Shown piece after piece: positions 27,889 to 37,358 of a DNA stretch of 64,000 nt. Made by a program: the position numbers and the translations under genes. The stretch lies in NCBI GenBank assembly GCA_002070275.1, contig MWCY01000007.1:3704-67703 (forward strand). Reading direction: 5' to 3'. The notes under the pieces were generated by a model. That model saw only the letters and a program-made list of their open reading frames with translations. It was not told the DNA's origin and did no database searches. Each line of letters opens with the position of its first letter. Within the stretch, counting starts at the first letter, position 1. This DNA is from Candidatus Hydrogenedentes bacterium ADurb.Bin170 (GTDB lineage: Bacteria; Hydrogenedentota; Hydrogenedentia; Hydrogenedentales; CAITNO01).

Positions 27889-28680
27889 TCAGAAGGCACC
27901 AATCGGTGACAGCGCAGCTGTCTGCTTCCAGTAGTCGCTTCCGCGGAGGACAGTACCTTTCTGCCGCCAAAAGAAATCTACGTGCGCAGAATGACGCATG
28001 TCACGGCGTTTAAAAATGGTGAAGGGATAGTGTTGATCTTTCACAGCCGTCGTTGCATCTTCAAATTCGGCAGAGCTGATCGACAATTCTTCAGCCGACT
28101 TTGCCCCTCCCCTGCCCGCCGGAAGAAAACGGTAAAGATGCCAGGCATGAAGTATTCCGCCTGTCTGTACATAATCCGCAAGAAACGCACCGAGGGTATG
28201 CAGATTGGCAACGGTATGACGTGTAACAACAGTGGATACAGTGACAGACCGTTCTGCTTCTTTCAATTGGGCAAGGCGGTTCATAATAATTTGAAAATGC
28301 CCCCCGATCTGATGAGGAAAATGGCGTACACGGTTGTGCTCTGTCCGGGTGGTACCATCCAGAGGAAGCACATAACGGTCAACACAGTCGGGGTAGGCAG
28401 CGCCATCAGGCATTTTAATTCCGTTGGTGCCCACCTGAACAAGAAAGCCTTTGCTTTTTGCAATTTTTGCCGCATTGTGAAGTCCGTAGGGCCAGGTAAA
28501 GGGCTCGCCGCCACCGATTACAATATTTGTAAATCCTGCTTTTTCTAGTACAGTCAGTGTTTCAGCGAAATCATCCGGTGTCATGCATTCAACTGCATTA
28601 TCTGTAATGCAAAATTTGCAAAACATATCGCACGACCCGTGCAGCATAACAACAGCTATATTTTTTTCGTGAAGGTGCAT
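27889..28680 (-). CDS. small radical-SAM protein of PflA/NrdG-activase size, without a SPASM domain
   Basis: CxxxCxxC motif (CDMFCKFC), with GGGEPF and VGTNG motifs. Only 263 aa, with no C-terminal Cys clusters. It lies directly upstream of hydG on the same strand. Confidence 0.7.
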   Translation of the reverse strand: MHLHEKNIAVVMLHGSCDMFCKFCITDNAVECMTPDDFAETLTVLEKAGFTNIVIGGGEPFTWPYGLHNAAKIAKSKGFLVQVGTNGIKMPDGAAYPDCVDRYVLPLDGTTRTEHNRVRHFPHQIGGHFQIIMNRLAQLKEAERSVTVSTVVTRHTVANLHTLGAFLADYVQTGGILHAWHLYRFLPAGRGGAKSAEELSISSAEFEDATTAVKDQHYPFTIFKRRDMRHSAHVDFFWRQKGTVLRGSDYWKQTAALSPIGAF

Positions 28681-28736
28681 AGTAAAATCTCAAGGCTTGT
28701 CAAAGAGGACCGGGGCTGGTGTGCAGTCTGTGCAGT

Positions 28737-30032
28737 CTATTCTGCAGCAGTCTGCACCGCTTCTGCTGCGGCAGGGGTTGAGGAGGCAACCGTTGGCGCC
28801 TGCTGTGTGTTGGGATCCAAAGTCTCCACGATTTCAACGGGCGTGGCGCGTACCACGAGATCGTACAGTTCTTCCACATCTTCATTCAGCATACGCGCAC
28901 AACCTTTGGACGCAAAAGAGCCTATTGTTTCCGGAGCGATTGTTCCGTGTATCCCGAGATCTCTGGGAAGGCCTTCTGCTGCCGGTTCAAGAGGCATCCA
29001 TCGGGTACCCAACTCATTATCAGGGGCATTGGCTGCAATAGGACCCGCCCCGGGCTTATGCCAAACGGGGTCTTTCTGCTTGGTTCCAATCGTATATTTT
29101 CCCAAAGTCGTCTCATGTCCTGGTTTGCCCAGGCCGGTTTTATAGCGCTTGAAAATACCTTTATTATCCATCAGGTAAAGAGAGCAGGTACTTCTTTCAA
29201 TAATGATGGAAAAATCTTTTGGTGTATATTTTAAACGCTGTCCGAGAGACAGTTTTTCTGGGGATGTAATGGAATTGGCTTCCATTAAGAGCCCCTGTGT
29301 GGTATTCAGTTTAATACCTATACTGTTGAGATTATCCCCTTTTTCTACCGTGTAAATCTTACTTTCCGGGGTTTCCTGGGGCGAAAAAATGAGTGCCACA
29401 TTCAGCGGTCCCAGCATGTCGATCGCTTCGTTCCATACGACAGTGCCCCATGGTGAGTCTTCAGCAGCACGCCGTGCCAGATCTCTTGCTCCAACGAGGT
29501 TTCCCGCCCGCTGATCAAGTCGCGCCAGACCCAGATAGCCGAGCGAACGGATTTCTGCAGGAGCATGATCTCGGATGGATTCGTAGATATCCCGGGCTTC
29601 TGCTGTTCGGCTCATTTCTTCAAGTTGCCGTGCTTTTCTTGCCTGCAGGTAGGGATATTCAGGACTGCTTTTAAAAGCATCACAAGCTGCGGTAAGATTT
29701 GCCAGCGCTGTTTCCGGCTGGTTCTTGTAGTGCAGAATATCTGCTTCCAGAATAATGGCTCGGGGTGTTGTCAGAGGATTCCGTCCTTTAAGAAGCGGTT
29801 TTATTTGTGCCATTGCTTCGTCATAGTTGCCGGATGCCACATTTTTTTGCGCCTGCTGCAGGACTTCCAGTCCGTCACTGCTTACTGGCAGGACTACAGG
29901 AAAGGCCTCTTTTGTTTTAGAGAGGAGATAAGGGGCGGCAATAATCACAGCCATGACGGCAGCAACGACCAGAGCGATAATAAAAAGTCCGGGTTCCCAA
30001 CGTGATTTTTTACTGAAAATCCGTTTTTTCAT
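28737..30032 (-). CDS. membrane-anchored L,D-transpeptidase (YkuD) with TPR and LysM domains
   Basis: N-terminal transmembrane helix, TPR-like repeats, a LysM motif (YTVEKGDNLNSIGIKLNTTQGLL), and the YkuD catalytic motif (GIHGT...SKGCARM). Confidence 0.8.
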   Translation of the reverse strand: MKKRIFSKKSRWEPGLFIIALVVAAVMAVIIAAPYLLSKTKEAFPVVLPVSSDGLEVLQQAQKNVASGNYDEAMAQIKPLLKGRNPLTTPRAIILEADILHYKNQPETALANLTAACDAFKSSPEYPYLQARKARQLEEMSRTAEARDIYESIRDHAPAEIRSLGYLGLARLDQRAGNLVGARDLARRAAEDSPWGTVVWNEAIDMLGPLNVALIFSPQETPESKIYTVEKGDNLNSIGIKLNTTQGLLMEANSITSPEKLSLGQRLKYTPKDFSIIIERSTCSLYLMDNKGIFKRYKTGLGKPGHETTLGKYTIGTKQKDPVWHKPGAGPIAANAPDNELGTRWMPLEPAAEGLPRDLGIHGTIAPETIGSFASKGCARMLNEDVEELYDLVVRATPVEIVETLDPNTQQAPTVASSTPAAAEAVQTAAE

Positions 30033-30037
30033 AAAAG

Positions 30038-30985
30038 TCAGATCCTTGAACCGGACACGCGTGTAATGTCCAGCAACATTTCCGTACAGGATTGATAGCG
30101 TGTGTCAAGATTGCGGCGCAGCGCTTTTAAAATAACCCGATCCATCCGCTCGGGCACTTCTCTGTTAATAGAGGAAGGTGCCGGGAATCTGTACTTCGAA
30201 CTTAATAATTGTTTTTGAATTTCCCGCGGATTGTTGCCCGCACAGGGGTGCCGGCCTGTAAAAAGTTCAAACATGGTGATGCCGAAAGAGAAAATGTCTG
30301 AACGGGCATCAAGCGTTTGCTTTCTCAGCTGCTCTGGAGACATGTAAAGACGTGTTCCGCCTTTCTCTTTCAGCCAGCGGGTGCGCCAGGTTGCACTTGA
30401 TTTTGAAAGCCCGAAGTCGCATATTTTCACCTGACTCATATCTCTGGAGATCAAAAAGTTGGCGGGCTTTATATCCCTGTGCACCACACCGTTCTGGTGC
30501 AGAAAGTCAAGACCTTCCGCCAGACGGATTGTCAGGTTGGTCATTTGTTTTATTGTCAGGATCCGGTTGTCGATAAAATGCTTTAAATTGTACCCGTCAA
30601 TGAATTCCATTATCAGGCAGCGGCGCAGATTGCCCTCAACATCTTCCTGATTAATGATCTCCTTTTCCATTTTAATGACGGTAGGATGATTGAGAGATGC
30701 CGCAATAAGAACTTCCCGTCCGAGATAGTCCTGTTTACTTTTTTTCTTGTCAAGGTCATAGCGACGGTCAAGTACTTTTATGGCAACTGTCACGTCGCGG
30801 GCGGGATCCAGGGCTTTATAAACAGTGCCCATACCGCCGCTGCCGATGGGTGCCTGTATTTGATAGGGGCCCACGTGGGACAGCTCAAATTCGCTGCTGT
30901 GCAAACCTGCAGCGCCACCCAACTGGCCCGGAGAAGCCGTTTTTGCAGACCCTTTATGCAGACCGAGTTTTGACATAATCCCCAT
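30038..30985 (-). CDS. Hanks-type Ser/Thr protein kinase (catalytic domain only)
   Basis: Gly-rich loop (GSGGMGTVY), VAIK, HRDIKPANFL, DFG and SPE motifs. No transmembrane or sensor domain. Its stop lies 5 bp before the L,D-transpeptidase start. Confidence 0.88.
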   Translation of the reverse strand: MGIMSKLGLHKGSAKTASPGQLGGAAGLHSSEFELSHVGPYQIQAPIGSGGMGTVYKALDPARDVTVAIKVLDRRYDLDKKKSKQDYLGREVLIAASLNHPTVIKMEKEIINQEDVEGNLRRCLIMEFIDGYNLKHFIDNRILTIKQMTNLTIRLAEGLDFLHQNGVVHRDIKPANFLISRDMSQVKICDFGLSKSSATWRTRWLKEKGGTRLYMSPEQLRKQTLDARSDIFSFGITMFELFTGRHPCAGNNPREIQKQLLSSKYRFPAPSSINREVPERMDRVILKALRRNLDTRYQSCTEMLLDITRVSGSRI

Positions 30986-31086
30986 GACTCATGACTCCAT
31001 CGACTGCTTTTTAAAAACAATCATTAAATAGTGGAATAACAACATATAGTGTAACATCAAAAGGATTCGCAAATCTACCACTACAG

Positions 31087-32046
31087 CTATGCATTAAGAG
31101 TCCTAGTTGATTCCTGAGGAACAGGAATTTCCTGAATCAGCTCTTTGAGCACAGATTCGGTCGAAACCCGGCGCAGCCTGCTTTCAGGGTGCAGCAGAAG
31201 CCGGTGCTCGAGAACGGGGCGTGCCAGAGATTTGACATCATCAGGCAGCACGTAGTTTCGTCCCTGAATTGCGGCGAAAGCCTGGCATGCCCGGAAAAGC
31301 ATCATGGAGGCTCGGGGACTGGCGCCCAGGCTTAAATGGGTGCAGTCGCGGGTCCGGTTAATGAGTTTAAGCATATAATGTCGTACTTTTTCATGGAAGT
31401 GCACTTCTTTAATAGCAGCCTGCATTTTTAAAAGTGTTTTTGGATCACACACTTTTTTGACAGCGTCTATCGGATGGGTAAGCCTCGTGTTTTCAAGGAG
31501 TTTTGCTTCCGCCAGCAAGCCGGGATAGCCAAGAGAAAGGCGCATCATGAAACGGTCAAGCTGTGCTTCAGGCAGCGGGAAAGTGCCTTCATGCTCTACA
31601 GGGTTTTGCGTGGCGAATACAATAAACGGCTGCTCCAGCTGATATGTGTGCCCGTCGATGGTTACTTGTTTTTCCGCCATTGCTTCCAGCAGAGCGGATT
31701 GGGTGCGCGGTGTTGCCCGGTTGATTTCATCGGCGACCAGAATCTGTGAGAAAACGGGACCTTCCCGGAAGGAAAATTCCTGTGTTTTTGGGTTGTAAAT
31801 GGAAACGCCGGTAATGTCTGAAGGCAGCAGATCGGGTGTGCACTGGATACGATTGAAAGCGCAGCCGCTTGCTACTGCAAGGGTTCTGGCTAGCATTGTT
31901 TTTGCCACACCGGGAACATCTTCCAGAAGGACATGCCCGCCTGAAAGAACAGCGGTGAGTGCGAGTTTGATTACAGGACCTTTATCCAGAATCACTTCAT
32001 CCAGTGCGTTCGTCAGTGCGTTAACCTGCTCTCTGAAATTATTCAT
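31087..32046 (-). CDS. MoxR-family AAA+ ATPase
   Basis: 319 aa with the classic MoxR layout: Walker A (GVAKT), Walker B, and a C-terminal lid domain. Confidence 0.85.
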   Translation of the reverse strand: MNNFREQVNALTNALDEVILDKGPVIKLALTAVLSGGHVLLEDVPGVAKTMLARTLAVASGCAFNRIQCTPDLLPSDITGVSIYNPKTQEFSFREGPVFSQILVADEINRATPRTQSALLEAMAEKQVTIDGHTYQLEQPFIVFATQNPVEHEGTFPLPEAQLDRFMMRLSLGYPGLLAEAKLLENTRLTHPIDAVKKVCDPKTLLKMQAAIKEVHFHEKVRHYMLKLINRTRDCTHLSLGASPRASMMLFRACQAFAAIQGRNYVLPDDVKSLARPVLEHRLLLHPESRLRRVSTESVLKELIQEIPVPQESTRTLNA

Positions 32047-32068
32047 ACTGTCTCCTGATTCAAAGGAA

Positions 32069-33049
32069 TTACCATCCCCTGCTCTTCATTGCTGCAAGCG
32101 GTTCCCGGTCGGTTGCATGAGGCGGCTCCGGCGAGAGAGCAGAAAGGGCGGCTCTTTCTTCCGGGTCTAATACAATATCCAGACAGCCCAGGGTGTCCTG
32201 CAGCTGCTCTATTGTTCTGGCGCCGATGATGGGCGCTGAAACGGAAGGATGCGATTTGACCCAGGCAGCGGCAAGCGCCGCCGGTGAATATCCCTTTTGT
32301 GATGCATAGGCGATAAAACGCCTGGTTACATCTTCATATTGAGGGTTTGCATAGCGCTGCCGGTACATTTCCGCTTCTTTAAGACGGCCTGATCCGCCTG
32401 TTAAATATTTGCCGGTAAGTAAACCGGCACCGATGACGTTGTACGGAAAAACCGCAAGTCTTTCATACTCCGCCAAAGGAAGGAGTTCCACTTCCGCCTG
32501 CCTTTTCACAAGGCTGTACATCGGCTGTATGCAGCTCACAGGAGCAAAGGACTTGATCCGGGTGATGCCCATCGCTGTTGCCACCTGCCAGGCGGAAAAA
32601 TTAGAAATGCCAAGGTAATGTACTTTCCCCTGCTCTACAAGTGTATTCACTGCGGCCAGGGAAGACTCCAGGCTGCAGTTTTCATCCCAATGATGCAGGT
32701 AGAGAATATCAACATAATCCGTCTGGAGACGGCGGAGTGATCGTTCAAGAGACGCGAGGATATTACGGCGGGAAAGCCCCTGATCGTTTCTGCCGCCGCC
32801 ATAAGGAAAAAATACTTTCGTGGCGAGAATAAACTCGTCCCGCCTGCCCTTCAGCCAGCGCCCGACGATTTCCTCCGTCAGTCCCTTATTATAATTATGG
32901 GCACAGTCAAAAAAGTTGATCCCCAGCGAAGCGGCATAATCCATGATGGAAAAGGATACCGCTTCATCGGCTTCATTGCCGAAGGTCATGGTGCCCAGAC
33001 ATATTTCAGAAATCTCCAGTCCCGTGCTGCCGAACTGAACGTACTTCAC
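32069..33049 (-). CDS. aldo/keto reductase
   Basis: 326 aa with the aldo/keto reductase N-terminus (LGTMTFG) and catalytic tetrad context. Confidence 0.85.
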   Translation of the reverse strand: MKYVQFGSTGLEISEICLGTMTFGNEADEAVSFSIMDYAASLGINFFDCAHNYNKGLTEEIVGRWLKGRRDEFILATKVFFPYGGGRNDQGLSRRNILASLERSLRRLQTDYVDILYLHHWDENCSLESSLAAVNTLVEQGKVHYLGISNFSAWQVATAMGITRIKSFAPVSCIQPMYSLVKRQAEVELLPLAEYERLAVFPYNVIGAGLLTGKYLTGGSGRLKEAEMYRQRYANPQYEDVTRRFIAYASQKGYSPAALAAAWVKSHPSVSAPIIGARTIEQLQDTLGCLDIVLDPEERAALSALSPEPPHATDREPLAAMKSRGW

Positions 33050-33136
33050 GCTCTTATGCTCCCTTCTTGTCTTTACAAAGGATGTTCATGTTATTGTATA
33101 GCCTTTATGGATAGAGGTTCCAATTACGAGCGGGAA

Positions 33137-34609
33137 ATGAAACAGCAATCAAAAGCAAATACGGAGAAAAAAGCACAAGTTTTTTCTGCACTGTACGGGG
33201 ATTGTCAGGAACGTGCTTTTGAGCAGACAGTACTGCAGGAAACGCCTGAAAGTGATTTGCAGGCACTTTGGCAGGGACTGATTCTTCCGACTACTCAGAA
33301 TACGGTTGAAGGACATCCTTTCCGAATCATTGCTCCGGGGTGGTGGAACAAACTGAAGGGCCCCGATTTCATAAATGCCCAGATTGAATTTAACGGAAAA
33401 CTGATCACGGGCGATGTGGAGATTCATCGTCACAACCGTGACTGGTTTCATCACGGACATCATGAGGACCCCGCATACAATAATGTTGTTTTACATGCCG
33501 TGGAAACAGAGGGAGCCCCTGCGGCGGTGACCCAGTCAGGTCGCACTGTTCCGACCTGGGTTTTTCCGCCGACTTCACAGAGCGATCTGGATATGAAGCG
33601 CCAGATAAGCAGACAGCAGTGCGGTGAATGCGCTAAATCTTATGCATTTCGCAATCCAGCTCTGCTTGAGCATTTTCTGGATATTGCCGGTGACTGGCGG
33701 ATTCGGGAAAAAGAACGGCGTATACGAAAACGCGCCGAAGAAGTCGGGTTTGACCAGACCGTCTACGAGAGAGTGCTGGAATCTTGCGGCTACAGTGCTT
33801 TTAAAAAAGAGTTTGAACTCCTTGGAAAAGCGCTGCCTTACGAACGGGCACTGCAGTTGGGGCGTGAGGACAAGATGGCGCTTGAAGCCGCTTATTTAAG
33901 GCTGGGCGGCTTTCTTCCTGTGGAATGGATGGTGCCGGATACAAAGGCGCCCGCTCATTTTACCCGGCTGGTGCAGGCCTATGAACAGTACCTTCATCCC
34001 ATGGAAAGCCTGGGAATCAGCTGGAAAAAGCAGGCAGTCCGACCTGCCAACAGACCGGAGAGAAGGCTTGCAGGGATGGCAGGCTTCATGTGCAAAGTCA
34101 CCGACCGGGGGCTTGAAAGGCAGCTGGATTTTTTGTGGAGACAGCCTGTTTCTGTCCGGGAGCGTATAGATAATTTCTGTGCCCTCTTCGGAAAGAATCT
34201 AAGCTACTGGGCAAACCATTACACCTGGGGAGGAAAAGAACTGGGGAAAGCGGCTGCCGTACTGGGAGAAGGAAGAGCGCGCTCCATCCTGGGCAACATT
34301 TTTGTTCCGGCAGGTTTATTTCTGGCACGCCAGGACGCAGCTGGATCCCTGCTTGAAAATAACGTTCATGAATTGTTCAGAACAATGAAGGCTGAGCCCA
34401 AAAACAACGTGTATGAATCCATGCTAAAGTGGATCGTACCGCCCGGTGTCAAAATTAAAATGAATTTCAGACGACAGCAAGGACTTCTGCAGCTGAGTGC
34501 GGACTGGTGCGAGCGCAATCCTTCGTGTCACAACTGTATTCTTCCTGTTTTCCTGCAGGTAATAGACGAAGGCGCATACCAGTCTGTATTTGATTCAGGT
34601 CTCTTGTAA
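33137..34609 (+). CDS. DUF2851-family protein
   Basis: The N-terminal region LQALWQ...GPDFINAQIEF...GDVEIHRHNRDWFHHGHHEDPAYNNVVLHAV matches my recollection of DUF2851 (LHFIWQ...GPDFFNA...IEIH..SDW..H.H..D.AY.NVILHVV). The start was set at 33137; the ORF-track extension would overlap the reductase gene. Confidence 0.55.
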   Translation: MKQQSKANTEKKAQVFSALYGDCQERAFEQTVLQETPESDLQALWQGLILPTTQNTVEGHPFRIIAPGWWNKLKGPDFINAQIEFNGKLITGDVEIHRHNRDWFHHGHHEDPAYNNVVLHAVETEGAPAAVTQSGRTVPTWVFPPTSQSDLDMKRQISRQQCGECAKSYAFRNPALLEHFLDIAGDWRIREKERRIRKRAEEVGFDQTVYERVLESCGYSAFKKEFELLGKALPYERALQLGREDKMALEAAYLRLGGFLPVEWMVPDTKAPAHFTRLVQAYEQYLHPMESLGISWKKQAVRPANRPERRLAGMAGFMCKVTDRGLERQLDFLWRQPVSVRERIDNFCALFGKNLSYWANHYTWGGKELGKAAAVLGEGRARSILGNIFVPAGLFLARQDAAGSLLENNVHELFRTMKAEPKNNVYESMLKWIVPPGVKIKMNFRRQQGLLQLSADWCERNPSCHNCILPVFLQVIDEGAYQSVFDSGLL

Positions 34610-34789
34610 CAAGGTGTGCCTTCAGGATGCAGACCTATTTCAGAATCTTTCCTTTTTAGGGGAGTAGCGCTTTTCCCGGACGACGGTACGCGCTGGATGA
34701 TTTTCCGAAAATAACTTACTTTGCATTTAGGTGTCCCAACTCTTATGCTTTATGCATATACGGAATCGTTCCTTCTATGAAAGACCGTT

Positions 34790-36412
34790 ATGCGCCTGAA
34801 TAACCTCCAAAAACAGAGCTCCATCGGGGGGATGCTAATTCTGCTCTTCCTCACTTCCGGATGCTTTTCAAACGTCACCCGGGAAGCCGGTGTACTGCAG
34901 GTTGGCAACGGGGCGGAAGTACAGGAGCTGGATCCTCATATTGTGACAGGTGTGACGGAACACCGTGTTCTCACTTCGCTTTTCGAAGGACTTACAGACT
35001 GCGATTCATCCACTCTGGAGCCGGTGCCCGGCGTGGCAGAAAACTGGGAAGTGAGCGAGGACGGGCTGCATTATCGCTTTACTCTTCGCAAGGATGCCCG
35101 ATGGTCTAATGGTGACCCGGTAACGGCAGAGGATTTTTCTTATGCCTGGCAGCGTATTCTATCCCCTGCTTTGGCTTCAGAATATGCCTACATGCTTTAT
35201 TGTTTGAAAAACGCCCGGGCATTCAATGAAGGAACAATCACTGATTTTGCTGAGGTAGGGGTTTGTGCTGTTGATTCCTGGACTCTGGATGTTTTTCTCG
35301 ACAACCCTACTCCTTACTTCTTATCCATGCAAAACCACTATGCCTGGTTTCCAGTGCATCGCAAAACGATAGAATCTCACGGAAGCATGGATGAACGTGG
35401 CACACGATGGACGCAACCCGGACATCTTGTCAGCAATGGACCTTTTCTTCTTCAGGCGTGGCTGCCCAACGAAATACTGAGCGTCCGGAAAAATCCCTTT
35501 TACTGGGATAAGGAGCATGTGCAGCTTTCCGGGATTGATTATCTGCCTATAGACAATCTGCAAACAGAAGAACGGGCTTTCAGATCCGGGTTAATTCAAC
35601 TGACCTCAACCATTCCGCTGCAGCGTGTTGAGAGCTACCGGAAAAAACACCCGGAACTGCTTTGCCTGCTTCCCTACTATGGCAGCTATTTTTACAGGTT
35701 GAATGTGACCCGCCCTCCTTTTGACAATGCAGACGTGCGAAAAGCCTTTGCTCTGTCTCTTGATCGTCAGGAAATCGTTGATAATGTGCTTAAGAGCGGT
35801 GAAACCGCTGCGTTCAGTTATGTTCCTGAAGGCGCTGGCGATTATACCTGCACCCATCCGCTGCGCTTTGATGTCGCCAAGGCGCGCGCGCTGCTTGCGT
35901 CTGCCGGGTATCCGTCCGGCCGGGGTTTTCCTCCTGTGGAGATCCTCTACAATACCAGTGAAGCGCATCGAATTATTGCGGAGACCGTTCAGCGCATGTG
36001 GCATGACAATCTGGGCGTGGAAGTTCGGTTGTTAAATCAGGATTGGAAGGTCTATCTCTCAGCACTCAATACGCTGGACTACTCGATTTCCCGCTCTTCC
36101 TGGGTTGGAGATGTGGCAGATCCCATTAATTTTCTCGAATGCTTTCAGACAGATGTGGGAAATAACAGAACGGGCTGGTCGTCACAGCATTATGATACGC
36201 TCATTAAGGAAGCGCATCAGTGTCCTGATAAGGAAAAACGCATTGCCTTACTGCAGGCAGCGGAAACAGTGCTTTTGGATGAATGTCCTATTGTGCCCGT
36301 TTATTTTTACACCTGGAAATTCTTGAAAGCTCCTGAAGTGAAGGGGCTTACCCCCAATATATTGGGTTACATTCGCTGGAAAGACCTGTCACTCGATACG
36401 GCGGAAGGGTAA
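34790..36412 (+). CDS. ABC transporter substrate-binding lipoprotein, peptide/nickel family (OppA/DppA, SBP family 5)
   Basis: Lipobox (LTSGC). Length and motifs fit the family-5 solute-binding proteins. Confidence 0.85.
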   Translation: MRLNNLQKQSSIGGMLILLFLTSGCFSNVTREAGVLQVGNGAEVQELDPHIVTGVTEHRVLTSLFEGLTDCDSSTLEPVPGVAENWEVSEDGLHYRFTLRKDARWSNGDPVTAEDFSYAWQRILSPALASEYAYMLYCLKNARAFNEGTITDFAEVGVCAVDSWTLDVFLDNPTPYFLSMQNHYAWFPVHRKTIESHGSMDERGTRWTQPGHLVSNGPFLLQAWLPNEILSVRKNPFYWDKEHVQLSGIDYLPIDNLQTEERAFRSGLIQLTSTIPLQRVESYRKKHPELLCLLPYYGSYFYRLNVTRPPFDNADVRKAFALSLDRQEIVDNVLKSGETAAFSYVPEGAGDYTCTHPLRFDVAKARALLASAGYPSGRGFPPVEILYNTSEAHRIIAETVQRMWHDNLGVEVRLLNQDWKVYLSALNTLDYSISRSSWVGDVADPINFLECFQTDVGNNRTGWSSQHYDTLIKEAHQCPDKEKRIALLQAAETVLLDECPIVPVYFYTWKFLKAPEVKGLTPNILGYIRWKDLSLDTAEG

Positions 36413-36415
36413 AAA

Positions 36416-37333
36416 ATGGCCGCCTTTATTACAAAACGCCTGCTTGAATTTATTCCTGTACTGCTGGCTATTATTACCATTACTTTTTTTCTTATAAGAC
36501 TTGCGCCGGGCGGTCCTTTTGATACGGAAAAACGGGTGTCTCCGGAGGTGCTGGCGCAACTGGAAGCGCATTACCAGATGGATCGACCGCTGCACGCACA
36601 ATACTTTCAGTATTTGAAAGGGCTGATACGTCTCGACTTCGGACCGTCTTACAAAAAACCGGCGCGGACAGTGGCGCAATGGCTGCTGCTCCGCTTGCCT
36701 GTGTCTATTGAGCTGGGACTCTACGGGCTGGCCTTTGCCCTGTTTTTGGGTCTGGGTGCAGGCGTACTGGCGGCACTGAAGCCGAATTCCTGGCTGGACC
36801 ATACCGTTATGTCGGTCGCCATGCTGGGCATTTGTGTTCCTGCCTTTGTTCTGGGACCGCTTCTTGTCCTGGTCTTTGCTCTGTGGACAGACTGGCTCCC
36901 GGTGATGGGATGGATTTCTCCCGCCCATAAGATTCTGCCTTCCATCACACTGGGAGCAGGCTATGCAGCGTACATTGCACGGATGGCGCGGGGCGGTATG
37001 CTGGAAACACTGGCACAGGATTTTATTCGAACAGCACGGGCAAAGGGCATGAAAGAAAGCCGTGTTGTCTTGAAACACGGGCTGCGTGCCGGTCTTCAGC
37101 CGGTTGTTTCATTTCTCGGGCCTGCTGTTGCGGGTTTGCTGACAGGCTCTTTTGTCGTGGAAACCATTTTTATGATACCCGGTCTGGGCAGAGAGTTTGT
37201 GGAGTCCGCTTTTAACAGGGATTACACCATGATAAGCGGCGCCGTACTGGTTTACGCTGTGCTTGTCATGAGCCTGAATCTGGTTTCCGACATACTGCTG
37301 GGACTGCTGGATCCGCGCATTCGGGGACAATGA
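36416..37333 (+). CDS. ABC transporter permease, OppB/DppB-like
   Basis: The N-terminus (ITKRLLEFIPVLLAIITITFFLIRLAPGGPF) and the EAA-loop region are typical of OppB/DppB permeases. Confidence 0.88.
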   Translation: MAAFITKRLLEFIPVLLAIITITFFLIRLAPGGPFDTEKRVSPEVLAQLEAHYQMDRPLHAQYFQYLKGLIRLDFGPSYKKPARTVAQWLLLRLPVSIELGLYGLAFALFLGLGAGVLAALKPNSWLDHTVMSVAMLGICVPAFVLGPLLVLVFALWTDWLPVMGWISPAHKILPSITLGAGYAAYIARMARGGMLETLAQDFIRTARAKGMKESRVVLKHGLRAGLQPVVSFLGPAVAGLLTGSFVVETIFMIPGLGREFVESAFNRDYTMISGAVLVYAVLVMSLNLVSDILLGLLDPRIRGQ

Positions 37334-37358
37334 TGACTGATCGCCGCAGCAATGCTGT

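Noticed and set aside
27889-28680. Possibility that the small radical-SAM protein is the anaerobic sulfatase-maturating enzyme for the sulfatase at 61851
   Set aside because: An anSME is about 370-400 aa with a SPASM domain carrying two auxiliary Cys clusters. This protein is 263 aa with no C-terminal Cys motifs.
32897-33136. N-terminal extension of the DUF2851 ORF overlapping the aldo/keto reductase gene
   Set aside because: It overlaps the 3' end of a well-supported convergent gene by about 150 bp. The internal ATG at 33137 gives a protein starting where family conservation begins.
36389-37078. 229-aa minus-strand ORF
   Set aside because: It is antisense to the OppB-like permease gene. 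The Arg/Gln/His-rich translation is typical of a shadow frame.
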